From positions 36,830,001 to 36,894,000 of the forward strand of contig NC_058368.1 in assembly GCF_018350175.1 (NCBI RefSeq): a stretch of DNA of 64,000 nt. Direction: 5' to 3'. Shown here in pieces: positions 36,117 through 50,176 of this stretch. The notes under the pieces are model-generated. The model worked only from the letters and a program-made list of their open reading frames with translations. It ran no database searches and had not been told where the DNA came from. The DNA is from Felis catus. Taxonomy: Eukaryota. Numbering within the stretch: the first letter of the stretch is position 1; each line of letters begins with the position of its first letter. The position numbers were made by a program, and so were the translations under genes.

Positions 36117-37829
36117 CTGTGAAATGAGCCTGTGTCTGACCGTCGATCTGGGAAGGAGAGCCCCTGCTCTTGCTGACTTTCTGAGTGTGTCAGGGCAGAG
36201 ATTTCGGGTGAGGCCCTACCAACAGGCAACCTCTTCCTAAATTTTTTTCTCTTAATTTGTGATTAGATAGTTTTTAATCTCTGGAAACTTGTATTATGTA
36301 TCTGGAGAGACAGAAGAGGATATGCCCTTGCAGGCCTGAAAATAAATGGATTTGAGGAAATAAAACTGAAAAAGGGATCATTAGGAAAGCAGCAAGCTGT
36401 TGAGAAAACTGCGAGCCAGATACTGTCGTAAAGGCTTGAAATGCTGCAGCAGAGGTGTTTTTTTTCTCTTTCTTTTTTTTTTTTAATTTTATAGCTCTCT
36501 TCATTCTGAAAGGTCATAGCAATAAGGGAGATGAAGGGTTATTCTTTATGATCTCTAGTAATTTAAATTACTGTAAACAAATAAATCCTGGAGATGAGGA
36601 AATGTTTATTAGCCTTAGGAGACTTAGCAAGAGTTTAGTTAATATATTGATACACCAGGTGGTTGAAATTAGAAGACAAAGATCAGTCCTACGGAAGCAT
36701 TAATATCTTCACAGAACGCACAGCACAAATTCTTATGACAGTACATGACATCTTCTTAAGAATAAGAAGTACTGTCTTTCAAATAGAAGCCTGACCAACA
36801 TAGGAAATAATCAGTGAACATGCAGTACCTGTGCATGGACACAGGAGTTTGCAGAGACTAGAGAAGCAGTTGGCAAATCTGTAAAGAGGATCTCGTGTAG
36901 GGCAATTGCTATCAGACCTCCTATTTCATGTATGCTTTTGACTTGAATTATAATCTCTAATTCTAGAAAAAAACATGTCCTCAAATGAGTGGAGGGATAC
37001 ATTCTCTTAGTTCTTAAATAAAATTTTATATACATACCAATTGTACTTCCTTCGAGATCCACATTGGAAGTATACTCCTAAGCATATGTGGAAATCTGTA
37101 CAGAACATTGGAGAAGCACTTGGTATGCTGTTATTCAATGATGACAAATTTTGCCTTGCTCTCCCAGAAAGGGAACAAGTATTTTTAGATTATATAAACA
37201 TCCAGAGAGAGTGATGGGCTTGTAACTATACTGGAACTGGGAACCAAAATGGAGTAAGGGCTCAAACCAGACAACCTAAACCTCCAGATGTTCCACATTA
37301 CCCCAACACATTGTAATTCTCACACATGTCAAGGTTCTCACTTTTGTATCTCCATTGTATGTGGGTCCTCCAGATGGGTTGTGTCCAGTGGAAATGGTGA
37401 AATGTAAGGATTGTTTTAAGAAAGGGGAAATTTTGTCTTTCCTTTGGGTTTAAGAGGGAAGTTAAAATAGGTTCATTTCGAATAAATCAATAATAGAGAT
37501 GATTTCTGGGGCAATTACAAGAATTGTATGTTCTTAGTGAAGCAGCTGTCTCATCTTAATTGAAGAATAAAGTTCTCTGTGGTGTTTTCCATTTGTATGT
37601 TCAGATCTTAAGACTTTAAATTCACTGGGATCCAGTAAACCAAATGGCTTCTCTGTATTGTGGCTTAGAGGCTTGACTCCTATGGTAATCAGTGAAAGGA
37701 AAATTAAGACTAGGAGAGCCTACTGGCTTCTGAACAAGAAATTATTATGTTTAGATAGGATTAAGTTGGTTAATTACAGAACCCAAGGACTCTGTTTCCT
37801 CACCTGGAAAACAAGAGCAGGGGGTAAGT

Positions 37830-38014
37830 CAGCGGTTCTGGAGCTTGGCATGTATCAGATTTACCTGGAGAACTTGTTAAAACACAGATTAATGGATCTC
37901 ACTCCCTAGTTTCTGATTCAGTAGGTTTGGGGAGTCCCGAGAATTAAGGTTTCTAATAGATTCCCAGGCCATGCTAGTGCTCGTAACATGGAGACCACAC
38001 TTTGGAGGACCACC
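37830..38014. mobile_element. MER5A-like MITE
   Basis: cagcggttct...tttctgattcagtaggt...gaccacactttg. Confidence 0.8.
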
Positions 38015-38789
38015 GGGGTAGATAATGTTTATGATTTCCTTCACACTTACATGCTGTGAGCATAATGGGGCAAAATAAGCTCTGTAGTTTTCCTGCTGGA
38101 AAAGAAATTCTGCAAAAACCATTTATCTGCCTCGAGGATATTTGTGTGCAGGGAATTTCTGAGTGATGTTTAAGGTTGTCATCTAATGGCAGCTCTTGTG
38201 TCTGTTTATATATGTCAGAGATGCATAAATTTGAGTTGAACTTTAGAAGGTTTGTCTGTGTGCAAGCCATTTAGAAGAAATATTCACCTGAATGGAATTG
38301 TTGCAAAGTAATCCTTGGGATCAAACTCCGGTTAAAGTAGCAAACATTTTCTTTTACAAGACAAAATTATATTATTGCTAATAATAATTACAGTTTATAT
38401 TTATCTGAACCTAAATATCTTAATTTGAATATCTAAAAAATGTCATGAAAATGAACTCTGTGTTTTACTCAACATTCCGATGACCTTGGCTAAGTAGCAA
38501 ATAACGTGATGTGTGTTTTTTCCTGAAAATACTTAGGGACAGGTAGGCTTGTTTTAGGTAACATTATAATCAGCAGTATATGTGAGGTTCTATCTTGCTT
38601 CCTGCTACTTGTTGTGGAGCTTTCTAATTAAAGAAATATGTGGCTTTAATAGTCTGTGTTTGGGGAAATTTTATTTTGTCACTTTTGTAATGCAATATTC
38701 ATGCAACCATTTTTATGATACATAAACAATAGATGATGCTTTTTATTTTGTAAATTATCTGGTGACTTCCAGTGTAGCAGTGAGAACTT

Positions 38790-38990
38790 GGGCTCAAGAT
38801 GAACAGACAAGAGCATCTACCCCCAGTTCCTCCTTAATTGTTAGCTGTAACCTTTTTTTCCATTCATTCATTTTATTACCTGGGATATAGGACTAATGAT
38901 AATCTACCTTGTAAAGTTTCTTTAACAATCAAATGGAATAATGCTGATCGTACCCAGTACATAAAATGAGTCCATTAAATGTTAGCTATG
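38790..38990 (+). mobile_element. MIR fragment
   Basis: ttagctgtaacct...atctaccttgtaaag...taaatgttagctat. Confidence 0.5.
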
Positions 38991-39408
38991 ATAATATCTG
39001 CCCTGTTTGAGGAACTTTACATACTCTTTCTCTTTTATAAGACATATTAAGTCCTCATTTTAATAGTTATATGAGGAAATATACAAAATCATAAAATGTC
39101 ATTTTTTTCTTACCTTTGTATCAGAATTTGGGTCACCAGTCTGATCTCTAGTTAGGATTAATTAGATATATTCCAACGTGAAATCAGACAATCTTCCCTT
39201 CTTTCGATCCTTCATCTGTTCAAATAATAAACATCTTTCTTTTTTTGTCGTCTTGGAGACATGGACCTCAAGGAGCTTACTTTCTAGTAGAGAGATGAGT
39301 AGAGAAACAAATAATCCAAACCCAGTCTGTTAAATACTATCACTGAATAAAGTCTGGGAATCCAGAAGGGAGAATGACATATTCTGCCTGAAGATCAAGA
39401 AACAATTC

Positions 39409-39537
39409 AGGGGCTCTGTGCTGACAGCTCAGAGCCCGAAGCCTGCTTTGGATTCTGTGTTTCCCTCTCTCTCTGTCCCTTCCCCACTCACACTCTGTCT
39501 ATCTCTCAAAAATAAATAAACATTAAAAAAAAAAAAA
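39409..39537 (+). mobile_element. 5'-truncated CanSINE
   Basis: Begins at ggctctgtgctgacagc, ends in A tail. Confidence 0.9.
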
Positions 39538-39644
39538 GAAACCAGGAAAAACTTGGCATTCCTACTAAGTTTTGGAAGGTGTTTGCCAGGTGACCAAATT
39601 GAGGCTAGGGAAAGAATAACTTCTTAAGTAATAAACTTTATCAT

Positions 39645-39834
39645 TTTTAAAAAAGTTTATTTATTTTGAGAGAGGGAGAGAGAGAGAGAAAGGCAGAGAG
39701 AGTGGGAGAGAGAGAATCACAAGCAGAACCCAATGTCAGTGCAGAGCCCAATGTAGGGCGCAAACTCAAAACTGTGAGATCATGACTGGAGCTGAAGTTG
39801 GACGCTTAACCATCTGAGCCACCCAGATGCACCT
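39645..39834 (-). mobile_element. CanSINE
   Basis: TSD aagtaataaacttta. Confidence 0.93.
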
Positions 39835-39859
39835 CAAGTAATAAACTTTAAAAGCTATT

Positions 39860-40037
39860 GGGGCACCTGGGTGGCTCAGATGGTTAAGCGTCCAACTTCA
39901 GCTCCAGTCATGATCTCATGGTTTGTGAGTTTGAGCCTTGCATCTGGCTCTCTGCTGTCAGCGTCCATCATGCTTCCGATCCTCTGTCCCCCACTGTCTC
40001 TCTGCCCTGCCCCCCCCAAATAAATTAACATTTAAAA
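39860..40037 (+). mobile_element. CanSINE
   Basis: TSD aaaagctatt. Confidence 0.93.
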
Positions 40038-41809
40038 AAGCTATTGAAGATGTGACAGAGGTTGCAATGTTAAAAAGTGGTAAGTCTGTGTGTCGATAGG
40101 ATAGGGGATTGGAGGAGGAGGAAGACAGAGATGAAAGACAATGCTGGATATTCAGAGACCAAAATCTGAACATGCTCATCTGTCATGCAGAATAATTCAG
40201 ACTTTGTCTTGAGAGTGGTAGAGGAGATATCGAAGTGTTTAAGAAAGTTACTGACATGATCTGATACATGTTTCACAAAGATATGCAGAAAAACCCAGTC
40301 TAATCCATACGTTCAAAACAGCAATCAACTAAATGTATCACCCTTTTAAAATTTCCAAAGAGACAACATCTTCAGCAGACTTCTTTTTGCTAAGAGTTAA
40401 AGAATTTCCTCTTTTTAGTTGTGAAGGAGAATGATAATTTCATTAGGGTTTTCCTTATAAGATGCTAAAATGATAATATTCATTTAATGAGACATTAGAT
40501 ATTGCCTTTAGAATTATAAAATGTGTTGAATAGCTGCTGAAAAAAAAACAGGTGTAAAATATTGACTTTTACATCAAATGCTGTGAAATTCTTTGTAAAC
40601 AAAGCTTTTTTCATGAAAGAATTTATTTGCTGCCTGTACTTACTGCTCACTTGAAGTCATAATTGTCCTTTATTACATCAGATTTTGTTCCATGGAAAGG
40701 ATTATGATGTTGTAAACAGAATATTATAATTTTGAGTTAAGAAGAATGAGGAACAGATGAAGTCCTAAAAATGCAGATTCTATTTTTATGCAGATATCTT
40801 TAGTTTTAAAATACGCAAAAGAAAAATATAAAAATTTGTCCATTAAAAGTCCTAAATAAGCAGAAATATCTTACCTGAATGAATTTTCAAGTTTTCACTA
40901 GGCATCTGAAACCCTTAATAAATGTAAACTTTTTCAGTTTGAAAAACTTAAAAGTTATACCTTAGAAGATGTGAAATACCAACTTTTGTTTTATGAGAAT
41001 GGCTTTAGATTTATCATTAAAAAATTAAAATTACATTTATGCTTCTATCTCACAACTACTGCTAACCAGTCAATGGAAAATAAATTAAAAAGTCTTTGGT
41101 GAGTGGGAGAAATGAAGAACAAATATAAGAAATTTTTGCTTACCTGTCTTTTGAAATGATTGGGAGTCAAAATTTAGCAGTGATATTTAGAAAGTTTTCT
41201 TTGAGAATTTTTTTTTTTGTCCTGAGGTATATTCTCTTGAATATTTTTCAATCCCTTCCTACACAAAACCACAGGATCTCTTCGGTCTATTTTAACTTAA
41301 GATTGGAATGCTACATTATTTTGATGTATGTGATAGAGATAATCTGCCACGTGCTCTTTCTTTACAGGAAATTACTTTCCATGCCTTTCTGCAAGTTGAG
41401 GCAAATTGGAGCCCTGAATATTTTAGAATGACTGTAGAGGCAAAAAATGAGAGAAGATGTGATTGGATTTTTATCATATCTTTAGACACCTCCAATTTTA
41501 TAGTCAGAGACAAAGCATCATGGCTCTGAATGTGAAATTGCTTTCTTTTATATAAAGGCTACTGATGGTGAAATAAAGTGCTCATGTAATAATGATTTGG
41601 TTTGTTAATAAGGCCTGATAATTTTGTTATGCAGTAGAACCATTTAGTTATCAGCTATTTTAACCTAAATAAGCTAGTGCATTATCAGAGATGTTTTAGT
41701 TATCATTTATATCAAATAACATCTGGCATTTTAGAATTATTCTTCTGCGTCTATACAACCACAGACTGCCCTACACCTAGACCCAATGAGAAAGACTCCA
41801 GAGACATGG

Positions 41810-42050
41810 TAAGCGTGGATTATGGACTCAGAAGGCAGAAGTTTAAGGACTATTTTGCCACTTATTAGAGGATGACTTTCAGCCGGTCTCTAACTTTTCT
41901 GCTGTCTACTTTATTCATCTTTAAAATTGAAATTAAAATAATCAAACTCATAGAGTTATTTCTGAGAATAAAATTAGGTCATTTATGTGAAATTTCTCTG
42001 TAAACCCTAAAATCCTATATAAATGTAAGGTACTATTATAATTATCATTT
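41810..42050 (+). mobile_element. MIR
   Basis: tgccacttattag...catctttaaaattga...tcatagagttatt. Confidence 0.6.
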
Positions 42051-42280
42051 TATTTTTACTGCTATAATCCCTTTTCTTTAAACAGTTGTCACTGAGGATA
42101 CTAAGTTTTGTATCAAGTCTGGTTATTCAGCCCTTCTGGCTCAGAAGTTTTGGAGTTAGTCTTATAGAATTATTGGTCTTGTCTGATAAACCATCCAGAC
42201 TTTGGAATCAGATAACTAAGCATTTCATTGTCTGAGGATCTGAGTATATATTAATTTTGTATTGTCACACAACAGAAATC

Positions 42281-43590
42281 TGCATTAGTTATTTGTTTCT
42301 TCATTACAGATTAACCCAAAACTTAACAACCTAAAATAAACATTTAGTATCTTATAATTTCTGTGGATCAGGAATATTATGGAGGAAGCTTAGTTGGGTG
42401 TCAGGGTCTCCTGTTAGGTTTCAGTCAAGCTATTGGCTAAGGCAGTGGTCTCATCTTAAGGCTCAGATTGGAGGGATTGATCTGTTTCCAGGCTCATTCC
42501 CATGTTTGTAGGCAGGTCTTGGTTTTTCAACATATGGGCCCTTCCATAGGCAATTTGAGAGAGAGAAATGGAGAGACAGACAGAGAAAGAGGGAGAGAGA
42601 AGAAACCAACTGAAGATGGAGGCCATAGTTATTTTATAACCTAATCTTTGCAGTAACGGTCTATTACTTCCACCATATTTTATTAATTAGAAGAGAGGAA
42701 GACCAGCCTCTTCTCAAGGGGACTACACAAGGACACCAACAAGCAGGAATTATTAGAGATGATCTTAGTGGTGCCTGCATCATTTATCCTCTGGTTTCCA
42801 GAATTCATGGCCCTCTCAAATGAGAAATACAGTTACCCCTTCCCAAAGCTCTATCTTATTTTATTATGGCATTAGCTTAAAAATCCAACATCTTAGCTCT
42901 AAACCAGGACCAGGTGTAAACAAGTCTTCTGGGTATAGTTTCTTAAGTATAGCTTTCTGAATACCACCCCTCCTAATCTATGGACAAGTGAAACAAAACC
43001 AACAAGTTGTCTTTCCCTCATACCCCTAACATGTAATGATTGAGCAGGCATAGTGTAACTAGTATAAGCATTCTTGTTCAAAAGGAATAAAATGGGAGCC
43101 TCAGAGGAATTTCTGGCCCATAAAAATTCTGAAACCTAGCCAGGCAAATATTAGAATTTCCTCCATTAGGTTTCAAAGCCTGGGAATAATTCTCCATGGC
43201 TCCCAGCTCCACAGTTTGGGCTCTTGCTATCATCTTCATATTTAATTTGTCACCAAAGGCAACATATGTATGTAGCTGAGCATCCCTTTCAGTCTGCTGC
43301 CTGTCAGTAAAATTCTAAAGATCTGATGTCCTCTCCTGATTGTATGCTATATTCTCCTCAGGCAAAATGGACATGTTGGTGCATAAATAACCCTTAAGAC
43401 CTTTCTAGGTGTTTTGTATACTTTCTTGGCGTTCATTCCACTTGACAAAGGCTTTATCACAAATTTCTTCATGGTAACCCTTCTCTCCCTTGGGACCTTG
43501 CTGAACAGATAAGGGACAATGCCCTTAAGCTTCATAGGAACCCTGTTGCTTGATTGGGGAGAGCTGCATGGCAGACTGTTAATCTGTTTT
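42281..43590 (-). mobile_element. MLT1F-like LTR plus partial MaLR internal region
   Basis: LTR ~42281-42782 (ttctgtggatcaggaat, gggcccttccatagg), then aaattctgaaacctagccaggcaaat int motif. Confidence 0.75.
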
Positions 43591-43762
43591 CAATTTATTC
43601 TATGTTCAAAATGATTGAAACTAAGCTGTGTTGTTTAGAGATTCCCACATAAATACAGAAAACATAGGATCAACTAACAAAAATATTAGAATAGTAGCTA
43701 CTTCTGGGAAGAGGGAGAGGGATGTGGGAAGAAGTATAAGAGGGGCTTTAAAGTTGTTTTTT

Positions 43763-43968
43763 GGGGTGCCTGGTGGCTCTGTCAGTTAAGTGTTTGACTT
43801 CAGCTCAGGTCATGATCTCACAGCTTGTGAGTTCAAGCCCTGTTTCAGGCTCTGCTGACAGCTCAGAGCCTGGAGCCCACTTGAGATTCTGAGTCTCCCA
43901 CTCTCTCTGCCCCTCCCCTGCTCACGTTCTGTCTCATTCTCCTTCAAAAGTAAATAAACACTAAAAAA
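43763..43968 (+). mobile_element. CanSINE
   Basis: Head, core, tail. Confidence 0.93.
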
Positions 43969-44739
43969 TATTTTTTATTTGTTTTTATTTTCTCATATAT
44001 TATTCTGGATGATAGATACACTGGTATTTGTTTTATAGTTTTACTAAGATGTAAATAAATATATACATATAGATACTTGATCTCCTCTTTTCTACATGGC
44101 TCATATACAAGAGCAAAAAAGAAAAAAAGTATAGTAACTAAAATGCAATAGAGGAGTGGTTTCTGAAACTGAAAGAAAGTGTAGGAGTTTATGTCTTAAA
44201 ATTGAAGGTAGAAAGAACGTCAAGAGGTGAAGTTGTAATGCCATTAAAAGCTTCAATCATATATAGTTGTTAGGTGACTGAACTGAATTAAATTAATATG
44301 CTTGGATTTTTGGCATGTTTTATCAGCCATTTACTAATGTTTTTCTAAAAAGCAACCCATTCCAGGAGAAGAGCATTAAACATAATAATGCTGCCATTCA
44401 TCACATCCAGAGCAGCGGCTTTCTCCTTCTGCTCAGTTTTGTGTTCCATTTTTGCTTTGTGAAGCCAAAGGAAAAAGACAAGCAGCAGAGTTTGGGGCAA
44501 GAATTAAGCATACTTTATTGCAGAATTTTGAGAAAGTGCCCTCCTCAAGGACAATTATTCTGAATCATTGGTGAAGTTCTGTAGACTTAATAAGGGAAAG
44601 AGGGAGAAAGTTTCACTCTTTCATGTATTCATATAGAGAACATGGTTAGCTAATGATATTAAAAAGATGGGAAATGAGCTATAGCCAAAATTTTCTTCCC
44701 AAAGCATTTTAGTTCTGATTTGCCACTCTTTTGATGAAA

Positions 44740-45225
44740 ATTCATCAACCTTCAGCGACTCCTTGTTTGCTCTGAGTAAAAGGCATACTTTCATGATGTG
44801 ACATATGCTTTCCTCTCCAGGCCTACGTCTTGACTTCCCACCCTACTTCCATGACAGTTTGGCTCTGCAAGCTGCCAGCTTATCACTTTTCAGGAACATA
44901 CCAAACCATCTCTCTGTTCGTGCTCATGGACACGTTCTTCTCTCTGCCCCATCAACATTTCACCGGCTACCTTCTGGTCACCCTTTAGATGTGGAAGATA
45001 TTGGATACAGAGAGAAAGTGCTCTTGTCTCCTCCCCAGGTAGTTAGATGTGGTCTCTGATGGAATTGGATTGACCTTGCCTTCTACGTTATTTGTTTCCC
45101 AGCGTTAACTTTAAATTTCTTAGAGGGCAGAAACTAGCTCTGTAGTTTTGTCTTTATGATCTTACAGCGCATTGTACCTGGTAAGCCCCTCATAAATGTT
45201 TGTTGGCTAAACAGATTAAACAGAT
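44740..45225 (+). mobile_element. L2 3' region
   Basis: cttagagggcagaaact...ataaatgtttgttgg. Confidence 0.55.
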
Positions 45226-45299
45226 AGATGCATTTGGTGGTTGATTGGTACAGTTCAGAGGCTACTCTAATGAAAAAGGTATAGAAAATAGGGAGTTGA

Positions 45300-45560
45300 G
45301 TGGAGTGATTAAGCATGTGGGCTTTAGAACCTGACTACCCAGAATGGAATATTGTCTCTACCACTTAATAACTGTGGGTTCTTGGGAAAGTTAGGTAAAC
45401 TTTCTTGCCTTAGCTCTAAGGTGAAACCCTTAGCTTAAAGTGTTTAGTAATAATACTAGCTTCATTGGGTTGTTGGAGTGATAAAATGAAGTAATATATG
45501 TTAAGTGCTTTAGACAGTGCTGAGACCTACTAAGTAACTCAGTACACTTAAAATTGTTCC
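45300..45560 (+). mobile_element. MIR
   Basis: attaagcatgtgggctttaga...ctaccacttaataactgtgg...aagtgctttaga. Confidence 0.7.
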
Positions 45561-47229
45561 AGATGACAGATCACGGCATTTAATGAACACTCATGAGGGC
45601 CGATGAAAGTAGATCCAGGAAAGAGAAGAGCAAGAAGTCCCTTACCTGTGCACACTTGCTTGAAACTCTCATTTCCCTGATTATGCTACTGAACATAGCA
45701 TATTGAAATTTTTGTACTAGTATGTCTCTCCATTTTATCCTGAAGATCAGGGTGAGAAGGTCCATATCCTTGTCGAGTACTGCTGCATCACCAATGCCAA
45801 TGCATAGATATTCGTCAACAAATATTTGCAAATGATCAACAAGCAGAGCTTGGTGAAATCATTTGATGCTTTTATGGCCTGTGTTCTAATAACCTAGACG
45901 GTAAGTAACTGAGAGTCTGAAAAATTCTAAGCTGAAAACAGATATTGCAACTACCATGTCTCTTAACAGGGATCCCTTGAAATTCTCTCGTCTTGACGTT
46001 TTAAGTGTAAATGTGCCCTTTACCTATGTGTGCGATTAGGGATGACATAAGTGGGGATGGGTCCACCAGAGGTAAAGTCAAGGAAGAGTAGGGGCAAGGC
46101 ACTGAACCCAGGAGCAAGGTCCTAGTTACATGAGAATGACAGTCGTGTCGACTAGAGAGAACCCCAAGTACATCGGGGGAAGGGTGTACACATAACCACC
46201 ACAGCTTCACATTTCATTACAAGATTAAAGAAAAAAAGATGAGTGGGTTTAGGGAGATAAGGCTGTGAGTTAATAGCTCACTGTTTGGAGAGCCCCATAT
46301 ATAACAGCCCAGGACACAAACTTATTTGATGAATGATATCTTCAGGGAATTTCCAGAAAAATAAAAGTTTTCCAATTAGTTTCCTTCAGATAATGTCACT
46401 GCCTTATAAAAACACATGGTAGTTTAATTCATTTTTCATGTGTAGGTTTGCTGCAGATTTAGACAAAGGTGAGTGAACCCAGCTTTACTCTCAGGATCCA
46501 TATTTCAAAATGTTGTACTGGTTCTTAGACAGGTAACTTCCACCAGCCAGCCCTCAAGGTGAATAAGAAACACCTTGTTGGCTCTTTGGAACACTAACTC
46601 TTTCAGGGCATTACACTTCATCTCTAGTACACTAATTGGCAATGTGGGAACCTGAAGCAGTAATGTGTCTCCTAGAAGAGTTGTTACCTCACACCCAGGG
46701 AGTAGTTTACTTACCTAGTAGAATCATAGAATAGCAGAATTTGGAGGAATTTTGAGCCATAATCTATACCGGCCTTGGCCAGAGGAGCACAGGAGAGACA
46801 GGCTCATTGCATGTAGCTCTAATCTCAGAGGCAGCCTAGTAGTTTTAAAATCGTCTTCTATTTACTCCCTTCCCTCTTTTTGGCCAAGAAAATCCAGGCT
46901 AATTCTGGATGGGAGCCATCACATCATGACATTTTCCTGTTGTGTGAGTGAATTTTGTAATGTTTTCTTTAATGTCACCAGACAGGTAGTATGATTCTGA
47001 CATTGTTCATCTTGGGGGGGAACTTTCAGAAGAATTTTGTTTAACCTGTTTCTAAAGTGCATAGATCTATTTAATTTAAAATTTCGTGCTAGAATCATTA
47101 CATATTCACAGCATGTAACAAGCTCCAGCCTCAGGTATTTTTCTTAACTTTCTAATGCTGTGTCTTAAATGGATTAAGTCTTATTTTACTCAGAAAACAC
47201 TGTGGCATGTTCCTTAAGAATTGGTTTCC

Positions 47230-47470
47230 TCTAGCCAGTTGGTCAGAGGTTTGAATCTGGCTCTGTCTACTAGCCTCATGGATTGGGAAGGTTTGATATA
47301 GCTCCTTCAAGACTCACTGTGCTTCTCTAGGATAATAATAACATCTTATTTCAGAGGTTGGTTGTGAGGATTAAGTAAGAGAATGCTTTGTGAAGCTTCC
47401 ACTACAGTACGTGACACATTGTAAATCCTGGGTACATGTCAGCTATTGTCATTCTCATTATTACTATTGC
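47230..47470 (+). mobile_element. MIR
   Basis: ggtttgaatctggctctg...gttgtgaggattaag...cagctattg. Confidence 0.7.
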
Positions 47471-48239
47471 ACAGAATAGTCAGGGTTGAAGATGGCTCTG
47501 CAACATAAAACTATTTTTAAAAAACTAGTAATGTAAGGGAAAAGTTCCTTACTTTCATAAACTTGAAAGGCTACATAAAATAGTTGATATTTTCATTCTA
47601 AATTGTTCTAATGTAGTCATAAAATGTAATTTTAAAATTTGCTTGTTAATCTTCTATACGTACATAAAATCTTCAGAAAGTTGAAAGTTTCTGGTAATTT
47701 CCACTTTCTGCTGATTTTTTTTTTCACTTTCCACTGATTTAAACTAACTTTAACTCAGTACAAATGAGAACTCTTTCCCAGAGTTTGTCATTCACTCATC
47801 TTTCTTCCATGCTAACAATCGTAAATCATAGAATTTTAATACAGGGGAGAGAGGATTGGCCTGGTTATGATATGACAAAATATAAATCCTTAACTTGGTT
47901 AGTTTATATCTATGTTTCTTGAGCAAATGTTTGCTCTCTCTTGATCCTATTTGCTTTTTTGTAAAATAAAGATAATGATACCTCACAGAATTAAAAAGAA
48001 AATAACTGGGTTCAGTTGGTTTGACAAAAAGCTATTAGGAACTATTTTAATGTAAAGCAAATTAGTCTTCTGTAGTGCGGACCAATCCTCATGGTGGAGA
48101 TGAAGTGAGACCCTGGGCAGTTAAGCTCTGTCCAAGGTTGAAGGGCTGGCTTAGATAATGTCTGGCCATATCCTGGGTCTGCTACACCAGAGCTAATCAA
48201 AATATGCTCTCACCAGCATTTTCTTCATGAGATGTCTGA

Positions 48240-48415
48240 TGGGAAAGTGTTGTATGGACAAATACATTTAGGAATGCTGCACATTACAACTCCCACACCC
48301 TTGTACATTCACGGTGCTCATTAATTTATTAAAAACCAAGAATTCCCCTAGTGGAGAAACTTATTTAACATTGTATATTGATGTTTTTCAAACATATTTG
48401 ATGTTGGGACCCACT
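48240..48415. mobile_element. MER103-like hAT MITE
   Basis: aatgctgcacat...attcacggtgc...ttttcaaacatatttga. Confidence 0.5.
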
Positions 48416-49510
48416 GACGTCCCTCAGAAGAAAGTATATGCTAGAGAGAGCTGATGGCCTGAGGATGGAAATGATGAAATTATTATAGTACTAATTCATG
48501 TCATTGTCTTCAGAAGAACTCAGACACCCACATATGTACAGACCCATAGAAAGATTGGTATTCTATAGGGGGTCAGTCACAAAGATTGAGAACATGAGAA
48601 TAGAAGCATAGTTGGGGAGTAGATGACCTCTCTTTTAGACTTTGTGAGTTTGGCTTTTTCTGAAACAGTCAAGTGAGGATTGTGTGACTGGAAGTTGGGT
48701 GCATGGGTCTGACTCTGAAGAAAGAGATCTATGTTGCAGACATAGTTGGTTTTCACTAATTGATACATTTAGTCAACAAATTTGTCATACCTTAGGACAA
48801 TGGAAGCTTTGGCAGTACATATGTGCAGAAAGAGTGTGTTTTCATTTAAAAAGAGAATGGGATCGCAAGAGACATGCAAGAATCTCTGACACTTAAAAAG
48901 TAGGCATAGGAAGAGGAAGGGTCAGTTGCTAATTTTTAATTGCTGTTTATCCACTATTGCTTTTGTATTAATGACCACTAATACTTTTGTCTTAATGACC
49001 AGAAAACACTCAGGAAAACTTCAATATGTCTGAAATCCAGTAGCTAGAGAGTGGCAGATTTTGATTTCCAACACAGGCCTCTTGATACATGCTGACTTAG
49101 ATTTTTTCCCCTGTACATACTATTAACATTCTCTTTTGCACACATCCTTTAGAATCTTGCTCTCATGGGATTTACATAAAAGATATAGAATACTGTAAAT
49201 ATCAGTGTTGTGGTTTTGGGTTATAAATTACATAGGATTTGGCAGAAGGTTATCAGTGAGTCTTTCCATCCCTCTTACAGAACCAGTAAAACCAGTAAGG
49301 GTGTTACCTAGGCTGAGAATAATGGATGTGTTACTTTGAACTATTATAAGAGGTTAGGAGAAGAAATTAGTGTTTCAGCAAAGTAAGAGTTAATTGATTG
49401 CATAGTATGATGGTCTTTTTTTCCCCTTTGTGTTTTAATTTTTAAATTTATTTTTGTAGCACAAGGTATTAGATTTTAATGTTTAAATAGGAAATAAGAG
49501 GAACTTCATG

Positions 49511-49600
49511 TAATACATATATATGTGTATATATATATATACATATACATGTGTATATGTACATGTGTATATGTAACATGTATAACATGTTTACACATAT
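49511..49600. repeat. TA/TG/CA low-complexity tract
   Basis: Read directly. Confidence 0.85.
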
Positions 49601-50176
49601 ATTTACTCATACTTGTTTATATGACAATAGAAATAGAAATAAAATTCAGTGGTCAATCTAAGAACCAAACTATATATATCTAAGAACCAAACTGTTTCTG
49701 GATTGTATCTTCATCACTTACATTTTCATTGTCAGTGCTTAGGTTTTGTTATTAACCCTTTTCGAAATAGGTATTTCCCATCTGCAATGAAATGGAAATG
49801 TTTGGGTTTGCTGCAAAAGTGCTGAATGAAGTGGTGGTCTCTACAATGAAAAACTTAGAAACAGTTGTTTTGGTGTTTTGAACCATCTCAGAAAAGCACA
49901 TGCCAATCTAATAGCAAAAAGAACATTTTTAAAAGGAAAAATATCTGGGCTGGTTGTTGCACATTGTCATGCATTAGTAATAACTAGACAATCGATTCTG
50001 AAGAAAAGGAAAATGTATCGCTAATCATTAGTCACTGATAAAACACTGTGCCAAGCCAAGAAATTCCAACTATGTAGAGACTGCGGTCTTTAATGTTAGT
50101 TTGCATTTCCCTACCCCTTGTGTAGTTTTCCTCCAACTGCTGTGAACTCTGCCAGAATATAATCCCCATTCCCAAC

